Shown here in pieces: positions 54,680-64,000 of a stretch of 64,000 bases of DNA (position 1 is its first letter; each line of letters starts with the position of its first letter). Below the pieces are notes generated by a model, which was not told the origin of the DNA, searched no databases, and worked only from the letters and a program-made list of their open reading frames with translations. Made by a program: the position numbers and the translations under genes. Source of the stretch: Vicugna vicugna (taxonomy: Eukaryota); contig MU058584.1 in the NCBI GenBank assembly GCA_013265495.1, forward strand, positions 4,594,508 to 4,658,507, read 5' to 3'.

Positions 54680-55637
54680 AGACTGGCTACTTGACATCCC
54701 CACTTGGATGTCATGGGCATCAACAAGCCTAAAGTGTCCAAAACCAGATTTCAAATCCTCTGCCTCTCAAAGGTGCTCTTCCCACGTTCTCTGCCTTGTG
54801 TTGTGGTACCTCCATCCTTCCAGATACTCAGACCCTGAACTCTGGAGCCACACCCTGACTTCTCACTTTCTCTCACATCTCCTATCTGGTCTACTAGCAA
54901 ATCTACTGGCTCTACTTTTGAAATGCATCTGGAATTCAACTACGTCTTACTATCTCTGCTACCATCCACTATGGTCCAGGCTACATTATGTCTTCTATTA
55001 AAATACTTCCTCAGGAGTCTACCATTGTCCCCAACTCTCAACACAGCAGCAAGGGTAAGCCTGTTAAAACAGAGGTCAAAATACATGAACAAGACAGTGC
55101 TTTACTCAAAACCCTAAAAGGATTCCCATATCGCTCAGAGTAAGCCCTGCAACTTCCTACATGATCTGGCTCCCTAGTACTGCTCCAATCTCATAGTAAA
55201 AATTACTCTTCACTCCCATTCCAACGATACCAACCTCCTCACTATTTCTCAAACACATCAAGCATGTGTCCACCTCAGGGCCTTTGCACTTGCTGTTTCC
55301 TGTGCCTAGAATGCTTTTCCCCCAGGTATCTTTGTAGGGCGCTCTCTCACTTTCTTCAGGTCTTTAAAAGTCACCTTTTCAGCAAGGCCTTCCCAATCCA
55401 CACTACCTAACATTTTATATCCCTCTCTAATACTTCACAGCCCCATTCCGTTCTTTACTTTTTCTTCTTAGCACACATGTGTATACCTATTTATTTATCT
55501 TGGTAATGTCCTTCTCTCCCATAAAACTACAGGCTCCATGAGAGTGAGGAATTTTTGGTCTGTACATTTTGGGGTCAGCATCTAGAACAGTGCCTAGCAA
55601 ACAGTAGGTGCCCATTACATGTGATAAATAAGTGAAA
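54680..55637 (+). mobile_element. L2 3' part
   Basis: cctcagggcctttgcacttgctgtt and tail tagaacagtgcctagcaaacagtaggtgc. Confidence 0.8.
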
Positions 55638-55729
55638 ATGTGAATTAACAATAGGACACTGGACATTTTGGCCTACTAGGCATTTCTGGACTTCAGAGAA
55701 TTATTTTTACAGATGTATCGCACAATTTT

Positions 55730-56162
55730 CACTATCCAGTCAATATCCATTCTCCCCTTTCCCCTATCAGCAGAACCCTGACTTGATGTAGGGCACCAAA
55801 TGTGCCAAGAAAAATTAACTCGCTCACTTGCACAGAGCTTGGGTGGCCATGAGACCCAGTTCCAGTCACTAGAAGTCTACATGGTGACAGAAAGCTATCT
55901 GTTTCCTGATAAAAAGAGACAGACTCAGCTGTGGCTTCTGCCCTTTCTCTTGACTGGAACTCAGACCCAGTGCTTGAAGGTGAAGCAGCCATCTTTTGAC
56001 CATGTGGCTGGGAGTCCCCATGAAATGCAGAACAGAAAGACTGAATCATCTACTGAGTTGTGAAGCCACTGTGCCCAGCCACGGCTAGTCAGCACCTTAC
56101 TGGTTATGTCCTTGGAGTAGAGGCTCCTTTATATGCTGCAAAAGCAATCCTAACTTGATACA
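55730..56162 (+). mobile_element. MLT1-type (MLT1J-like) solo LTR
   Basis: cagaaccctgactt...ggtggccatgagacccagttc...gcagccatcttttgaccatg...aagcaatcctaacttgataca. Strand assignment is uncertain. Confidence 0.6.
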
Positions 56163-57018
56163 TAGGTCGTTTTCCCCCCAAAATGTTGTTTGTTAATATT
56201 TGGATGTAAAACCCAGCAGTGTCGCCCTATCTGATGTGGTCTAGGGTTTCCAAGCCAGTGAGAGAAGAGATGCGGAGAAAGGCACATTGTGCTTTGCGTG
56301 AGTATTATGGTGCAATCCAATTGCTGGTAAGGCTTGCTGCCACAGGGTCTCCACTTATCTACCCGTTCCCTTCTCCCATATACCCCTGTCCAACTCCCCT
56401 TGACCCCAAGGTGCAAACAACCCCATTACCCTGACTTGTTCACCCTTTTGCATGATACCTCGATACAGAATCAAAAATTCTAATCATCAGAGAGGTGACC
56501 CAGTAACAACGTCCCCTCCAAAAATGCACTAAAACCCAAGCTAATCCTTGGAAATGCCTCATTCTGGACAGGCAAGTTTTAGAAATTGGTGGGGTTTTAT
56601 CTTCCTAAGCCATCAACACTCTTCGTTTCAGACCTTCAGACAAAAATTCATGAAAATCTATCACATATTCTTCTATCTTTTAAAATAAAGTACACAAAAC
56701 ATAATGATTTTCATGATGACTCAAGGTCAGTGAATACCAAGATAAACAGAAGTCTGACCTCAGAGAGCAATGTTAATGTAACTGCTGGCTTTAGAAACCT
56801 TGGGGGAAGGCTGTTAAGCTCCCAGTCAGTCAGCTGGTGGGTCAGCCCTGTGAGCCTTTGTTAGGTGATCTGAACACAGCGATGCCCTCAAGTTGGATAA
56901 GGGTAATATTATTTCCTCTTATACCACATGTGCCTGGCATATTCTGTTTCCTTTTGAAACTTCCTCTGCAACTTGTTTCCACCTTTGCTGCCCCTTTCCC
57001 TGTACAGAGTATACTTAC

Positions 57019-57218
57019 CTGTAGTTTCCCTTGTCAAGCTCATAAAAGGTCTCGGTAAAGTAGGAGTTGATACGCTGAGGGAGGGTGTCAGTGCAAAGAT
57101 CTCCAGGTATGTAAGGCTTCTGGCAGACGGATGTCATTTCCTCCTGCACCCTGGGGCAGGACTGATTTTCTACTTCTCAGCACCTTGCCAGGTAAGTGAC
57201 AGGCTAACTGTATTTATA
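57019..57218 (-). promoter_or_regulatory. Candidate TATA promoter plus alternative first (or cassette) exon of GPR161
   Basis: TATAAATA at 57218-57211, ATG at 57137, 39 open codons, and donor CAG|GTAAGTAT at 57019/57018. No transcript evidence is available. Confidence 0.35.
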
Positions 57219-58896
57219 CGGCTCAGGTAAGTAACTGTGGCGTGCTCCAGGAAGACAAGGATCCTTGAAACAGCTCAGAGAGCTCTCCATCTACCTTTGA
57301 TATTTTTTAAAGCAGTAAGAGGGAAACTGTTGAATTTAAAAGCAAGATTGTTGAGTCCTGCCGGATTTTATATCACCGGAAAGCCAACTACATAAGCGCA
57401 GGCAAATATGTTTTATATTGAAGGACTGACTTTAGAATTTTCCAAAAGGCTAAGTCTAGAAAATACGAATTTCTTGAAGAGACTCTATTTGCAGAAGATA
57501 TTTGCACAGGCCTGCAAGGTAACAAGGTACAGTATTACTATTTCTTGGCTATCTTACTTCCCTCTTATTTTTATTTCCTCTGTAATTATCGTATCGCACA
57601 TAAGTCAGACATTCTTAAACTCCGGGTGGCAGTTACTGTCTGTAGACCAAATAAATGACGTCATGCACATCCGTGAACTATTATTCTTCAGACGTCTGTA
57701 TGTGCCATTATGGTCAATAAAATTTAGATTTACTTCTTACACTCTTATTGAATCACAGCTACTTTTTGCAATTAAGCATTTCCCTCGACTGAAACGATCC
57801 TGAAAGGGCAGGTGGACCCACAGAGCCTGGCAGAGCGTGGCAACCACTACCATGAGCCCAGGCCACCTACCCCCGATGGACACTTATATGAATAATGTCC
57901 AGCTTAAGGTCCAGCTTAGGAACAAAATTTTCAGGAAACCTTTCTGGAACATTCCATCTCCACAGTGACCCTTACCACCCCTTATATCTGCAGCTTTTTT
58001 TTTTCTTATATTATAGTTATCTTTTCAGATACGTGTGTTTTGGCACAAGTTTTCATTTTGCGTAAGGATGTTTTCCCCTCTAGATGGCTTCTAAATTCTT
58101 CCTCAGTTTTTCCTTTGAATTCCAACAGTACTTTGCACGTGGGAGAAAATAAATACCTTCTATGTACCCTGCTCCTTAATATCTACTTCAATCTGATGTT
58201 CAACAGAAAACATATTTTCTGGAATCTTGACGGAACTTAGGTTTGAATTTCATGTGACTGTGTGCTTGCCTCCTACCTCTCTGAGTCTCAGTTTCTCCAA
58301 GGAATGAGAGTGGAATTAACTTACTTCATGACTATCAAGAGAAGTGTCTGAAGGAATGTGCGTGAAATGTGCGTGACAGCAGACTGGCTGTCAGAAGATA
58401 AACTCCAAAATATTTAAGAAAGTTATTGAAGACATGAAAAGAAAACTTCATTCTTTTTTTTCCCCTTCAAATTTTAATTAAAACCAAGAGGTTTCATTTG
58501 AGCACTTAGGTGGATCAGACAGAGCACGGAAAGGATGCACTGGAAGAGACTGTAAAATGGAAGCATCTCTGACTCCATTTGGGGCTCAGGGCCCTGCTCA
58601 GTCACTGCAGAAAAGTGTTCAGCTCATTGGCTGCGGCAACCAAGAAGGCAGGTGCTGGAGCCAAGTCACGGTCGCAGGCACCCAGGTGACCGGCTGACGG
58701 AGAGACGTGTGATACTAATGGACCTCTATCTGTGATGAGAGGGACTATGTTCCATGTCCACAAGCCCTACCCTGAAAGAGCAAATCTCATCTTTAAAGCT
58801 CAAGAGAGAATTGATATGGCTGGGAGGGTCTGAAAATGTCCCATCAGAAGACTTTGGATAACAACTGAATTCAGTCACTACCCCAATATTCTACAT

Positions 58897-60548
58897 CATT
58901 GGTTCTCAGGGAGGGGAGATTTTGCCTTCACTCTCACCCCAGGGGACATCTGGTAATTTCCAGGCACACCTTTGGTTGTCACATTTCAAGGACTGCTACT
59001 GGCATCTAAGGCCAAAGATGCTGATAAACATCCCATAATGCACAGGGCAGCCTCCCCCAACCCTGACAAAGAATTATCCAGCCTAAGAATAAATAACGCC
59101 ATTTATAGCAACATGGATGGACCCGGAGATGGTCATTCTAAGTGAAGTTAAGTTAGAGAAAGAAAAATACCATATGATATTGCTTATATGTGAAATCTCA
59201 AAAAAAAGGACACAAATGAACTTATCTACAAAACAAACAGACTCACATACATCTCAAAAATGTTCTCCTAGGGCAGTCTACCCAAGCAATAGAAATAAAA
59301 GCAAGAATAAACAAATGGGACCTAATGAAACTTACAAGCTTATGCATAGCAAAGGAAACCATAAAGCCCTAAAGCACTGACCACACAGCCTAAAGTGAAG
59401 CTCGCCTGTCTGCACACCCTGTGCGCCTTCACAGGGCCAGCAGTCAGCTCTCCACTGAGAGAACTTTGGGGAGGTAGGTCTGCTCCCCTGCAAAGCGAGC
59501 TCAGGCCAGTCTCCCTAGGACTCAGCCTCTACTTCACATGCATGAGCATGCTTCTGGAGGCCGTCAGGCATTTGAAGAGATTTCCCAAAGGAAGGATCAA
59601 AATGGATAAACAGAACAGCTGTCCACCAAGTTACCAAAAGGTAATTCAGGTGGCAGAAATGAACTTCAAAAATGTAATTAATTTGTAAAGATACATGCAC
59701 CCCAATATTCACAGGAGCAGTATTTACAATCACCAAGACATGGAAACAACCTAAATGTCCATCAAAAGATGACTAAAGAAGTTGTGGTATATTTATATAA
59801 TGGAATATTCCTCAGCCATGAAAAGAGAATAAAATAAAGTCATTCACAGCAGCATGGATGGACCTGGAGATCGTCATTCTAAGTGAAGTAAGCCAGAAAG
59901 AGAAAGAAAAATACCATATGAGATCACTTATATATGGAATCTTAAAAAAAAAAAAGAACATAAATACAAAACAGAAACAGACTCATAGACATAGAAACTT
60001 GTGGTTGCCAAGGGGGCAGGGGGTGGGAAGGGACAGACTGGGATTTTAAAATGCAGAATAGATAAACAAGATTATACTGTATAGCACAGGAAAATATATA
60101 CACGATCTTGTGGTAGCTCACAGCGAAAAAGAACATGACCGTGAATATATATATGTTCACGTATAACTGAAATATTGTGCTCTACATGAAATTGACACTA
60201 CATTATAAACTGACTATAAGTCAATAAAAAAAATGTTAAAAAAACAAACAAACAGAAACAGACTCCACAGACATAGAGAACAAACTTTTCGTTACCAGAG
60301 GGTAAACGGGGTGGGAAGAGATAAATTGGGAACTGGAAATTTGCACTTCTTGGGCAGTGATGGAAATGTTAGCTGTCTTGATTGTGGTGGTGGTTTCATT
60401 GGTATATACATCTATCAAAATTCATCAAATTGTACACCTGAACTATGTGTAGTTTACTGTACAGGAATCATACCACAAGAAAGATGTTACAAAAAAAAAA
60501 GAATTATCCAGCCTAATATGTCAGTGGTGCTGAGGTTGAGAAATCCTG
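58897..60548 (+). mobile_element. MER20 split by a 1.4-kb composite L1-containing insertion
   Basis: MER20 5' part at 58897-59086 and 3' part at 60498-60548. The 19-bp direct repeat aaagaattatccagcctaa lies at 59068-59086 and 60498-60516. Confidence 0.85.
59668..60250 (+). mobile_element. Young camelid-type L1 3' end with A-tail
   Basis: aaagatacatgcaccccaatattcac...gcagcatggatggacctggagatcgtcattctaagtgaag...gactataagtcaataaaaaaaatgttaaaaaaa. Confidence 0.85.
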
Positions 60549-60989
60549 CTCCATAGGAGTAACTGGGTTCATTCTATTTTTTACGATATATACTCAACAG
60601 ATCAAGAAAAATAAAAACAACTCTCTCTATAAACAAACTCACTCACATGATCAAAGAAGACAAAGAGAGACAGAAGCTGTGCTGAGAATAAGACTGAGAT
60701 AATTACTTCTAGCGCAAGAAAAACAATGATTACTATGCTTATTGATTTTGCCCTTAATTATTTGTTTTGCTCATTATCCTCACAAAGCCCAGAAAACTAA
60801 TTAAGCTCACATTGCTAAAACTGAGAATATTAAAAATAAATGGCTTAAAGTGGTATTCCTTCTGAATATACTTTTTTCTGATGACCATATCTGAGGCAGA
60901 TGCCATCATGCACAGCCATGAGGAATAGGGGATGTCCCCTCCCTCCTCACCACACTGCCACTGGTGCCAGGACACTCCTAACTTCCTCC

Positions 60990-62040
60990 TCATTCCTCAC
61001 TCAGCTACCCCTGAAAAAATGTTTACCAAACACCCATTTGGAGCCAAGCTCTACTCTGCAGCTGGGACACAGCGCTGATCAAGATGCCAAAATCTCTCCT
61101 CTCCTGGAGCTGATGTTCGGGGGGGAAGGGAACACAGACAGCCAACAAATAAACAATAAGTAGTAGAAACTTCCAGTTAATAAGATAAAGAAATACTAGG
61201 GATGTAGTGCTCAACCTGATGAATATAATTAACACTGCCGTATGTTATATACGAAAGCTGTTAAGAGAGTAAATCCTGAGTTCTCATTACAAGGTTAAAA
61301 AGTTTTTTTCGATTTCTTTAATTTTGAATCTCTAAGCAATGATGGATGTTCACTAATATTGTGATAATCATTACATGAAGTATGCAAGTCAAATCGTTAC
61401 GCTGCACACCGTAAACTTACACAGTGCTGTATGTCAATTATACCTCAATAAACCTGGGGAAAAAAATGAAAGAAATAATTTGATAGAAATAAATAAAAAT
61501 CTAAAAAAGCAAACAATAAATACATAAGGTAATTTCAGGGAGTGGCCGGTGCTATGAAGTAAAGTAAAACAAAAAAGGTTTAAAAAAAAAAAAAGTAAAG
61601 GGAGAAGGAATGGATGGGCAGGTGGGAGTGAGTAGTCAGCAGAGTCTCTCCAAGGAGCTGACATTCGAGCAGAAACCAAAAAATGATGCAAGGGAATTTC
61701 AGGTCGAGGGAAGAGCCCCTGCAAAGGCCCTGAGACAGAATAAGCTTGGCCGGTTTAGGGACTAGCAAGGAAGCTGGAAAAGAGTAAGGGAAGAGGAGAA
61801 GGGCAGGCTATGGAGACGGTCAGGAGTGTGGATTAGATTCCAGGTGGAATCGAAGGCCTTGCAGTGATGCATCTGACTCCTATCTTAGAAGGGTTACTCT
61901 CCTGCTGGGTGAACAGACCACTGGGACCAAGCTGGGAGGCAGGGATACCAGTCAGGAGGCTGCTGCTCTAGCCCAGGTGAGGGACGATGGCTTGGACCAG
62001 GGCTTTGGTAACAGAGGTGGTGAGAAGTGATCAGATTCAT
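60990..62040 (-). mobile_element. L2 fragment with a nested plus-strand L1M 3' end (~61170-61470)
   Basis: ctcctggagctgatgttc, gccc(c)tgcaaaggccctgag and accagtcaggaggctgctgc...ccaggtgagggacgatgg are antisense L2. The L1M tail is gtcaattatacctcaataaacctggggaaaaaa. Confidence 0.7.
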
Positions 62041-63569
62041 TCATCTCCAACATGTTAAGAGCAAAAATAGGCCTCAGAAGTAACTCATTCTAATTGTGTT
62101 ATTCTAGAGATGATGGAATTGAGGCCCCCCCCACAAAAAGAAAATGGGGCCTAAAGAAGTGAAGTGAGTTACACATAGTCATATACCTAATTTATTAACA
62201 GACCCAAGTTTCTTGATTGCCATCACTACACCTCTGCCCTTACCTGGCCATCCCCAGGCCTGGGTGGGGAACGCAGAAGCAGGTAGGAATATGAACCCTC
62301 TAGACGGTAGTCCCAGCCAAGTCTAAAATAAATGACCACCTTTGCTGAGGGCAAGGTCAGCATTGATCTCGTAGCCAAATCCAATGGGCCCTTCCTTGGG
62401 GTTGCTCCCACATCTGACCTTTGACAACTTTCTTTCTTTTTTTCCCCGGAGACTCCCTCTTCCCTTGGCTCCCCTGATCCAGCTCTCTCCTGCCTCTCCC
62501 TCTCTTCATTCCCAGCCTGTCCCTTATATCTTCTCTCTACCTGTAATCATCCTGCCCTATGAGTGTTACTTTTTCCCAAGACGCCATCTGGAGCATTACT
62601 TCTTCCGTTCTCATCTACAGAGGAAATGGATGGTTTCCCTTCCTTACATCTCTTCCCCTTGTTCTGTAGTTGCCCCTGAATTTCCTCTGAAGAGTCATCC
62701 TTTTTATCCTCCAAGTCCATGTGTCTTCACGGATGATGCACCATTGATGTCTCGTCATTGGCATATGCCAACACCCTCTGACCCGATCACTTTATGAGAC
62801 GTAACGGGACTGTTGCTGGGATAGCGGGGAGAAAGACAGCTCCCCTCTCCATTGGATCTGAACCTGCAGCTTCCCCTAGCCATCAAGAGGGGAGCGCACG
62901 AGATAAGGGGAAGTAAGAAAATGAATCCTGATGAATCATTTGAACCCTGAACCCATATGAAACCAAATACACTCTTGAGCTTTTTAATGACATGAGCCAG
63001 TAACTTTCCTTTGCTTACGCCAATCTGAACTGCATTTTCTACCACTCTGCAAAGGAAAGAGCCCTATCTGATACGTCGTCTCTCTCTATATGCTCCCGCC
63101 CTATACTCACCTGAACAATGATGACTCCCAAACCTCCATCTAGAGCCAAGACAACTCTTGGGGACTCCAGATTCATATCCACCCACCTAGTAGACATTTT
63201 CTTCCATATGTCACACCCAGGCACCTCAGCTATAACATGTGCAAGACAGAATTCATCATCTCTACTTCTACCATCGCAATATGCTATCTTCATGCTTTTT
63301 TCTATTCTAGAAAAAAAACACCACCCACCCACCCAAATCACTCAAGACAGAAACCCAGGACATCCTAGACCACTCTTGCCAGATAATCCTGCTGGGGCTA
63401 AGGCCCTGAATGACACTTTCTGACTGTGTGACCTTGGGTAGATTAATGAGCACATTTGAGCTTTGTATTTCCATATTGAATTGCCTGGATCCAATGAGAT
63501 TATGTATGTAAAGAAATGTATGTTGGTTGGTTTGATTCCTATCACAGGCATCTAGTGCACCACTAAATT

Positions 63570-63692
63570 TTTAATTGAAGTGTAGTCAGTTTACAATGTT
63601 GTGTCAATTTCTGATGTACAGCATAGTGATTCAGTTATATACATACACATGTGTGTCAGTGTGTGTGCACGCATGTGTGTGTATGTATTCCT
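63570..63692 (-). mobile_element. Short L1 3'-end insertion with 14-bp TSD
   Basis: TSD tgcaccactaaatt at 63556-63569 and 63693-63706. The body ttaattgaagtgtagtcagtttacaatgttgtgtcaatttc is the antisense L1 tail. Confidence 0.85.
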
Positions 63693-64000
63693 TGCACCAC
63701 TAAATTCTAATTCAAAACTTCATCCTCACTGCCATTACCCCAGCTCAGAGCCTCTCCATCTTTCCCCTGGATGATCACCAGACATTTCTATCACACCTTC
63801 TTGCCTTTGATCTCACCCTCACTCAAATCTGTCCTCCCCAATGCTGTCCCCCACACAAACCTGGTCATGCTATGTCAGTTTTGGGCACCTTGGGAATCTA
63901 TTCCCTTGCAGGATCCTCCACTTCAGCTATCCTGAATAAACCATGGTTCTCCAAGTATGTATTGCTGTTCTCCAATTCCATGATTTTGCATGTGACAATG

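Noticed and set aside
57011..57030. U1 snRNA gene or pseudogene (ATACTTACCTG on +; ACTTACCTGGCA on - near 57197)
   Set aside because: Similarity stops after 11-12 nt with no U1 body. The motifs are better read as splice-donor-like sequences on the opposite strand.
57408..57803. 131-aa plus-strand ORF
   Set aside because: Composition reflects AT-rich non-coding DNA; no domain or exon structure recognised.

Overview
Mammalian, not prokaryotic, genomic DNA. It is most likely camelid: it carries tRNA-Ala-derived Vic-1-type SINEs and artiodactyl-type L1 3' ends, and I saw no Alu, B1, Bov-tA or PRE-1 elements. Two genes lie tail to tail. On + are the last five coding exons and 3' UTR of DCAF6 (IQWD1/NRIP), 6981-17051. 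On - is the complete 1590-nt (529-aa) five-exon CDS of the ciliary GPCR GPR161, 43397-25026, with a ~5-6 kb 3' UTR; its canonical first exon is probably beyond the right edge. All ten exons have GT-AG boundaries with consistent phases. The rest is intron or intergenic DNA full of L1, L2, MIR, CR1/L3, MLT1, MER5/20/58 and an ERV pol remnant. Almost all ORFs in the supplied track are spurious. I found no new multi-gene system. The most unusual items are: (1) an L1 3'-end copy with heavy strand-specific A-to-G change, consistent with an ADAR-hyperedited RNA reverse-transcribed into the genome; (2) a candidate TATA-driven alternative GPR161 first exon with a 39-codon ORF and an 11/11 U1-complementary donor; (3) a 1.4-kb composite insertion with a perfect 19-bp TSD that splits a MER20 and carries ~300 bp of non-L1 sequence; (4) a uORF ending 2 nt before the GPR161 ATG; (5) a CpG-rich patch within an ancient L2. 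Repeat family names come from recalled consensus sequences and their boundaries are approximate.
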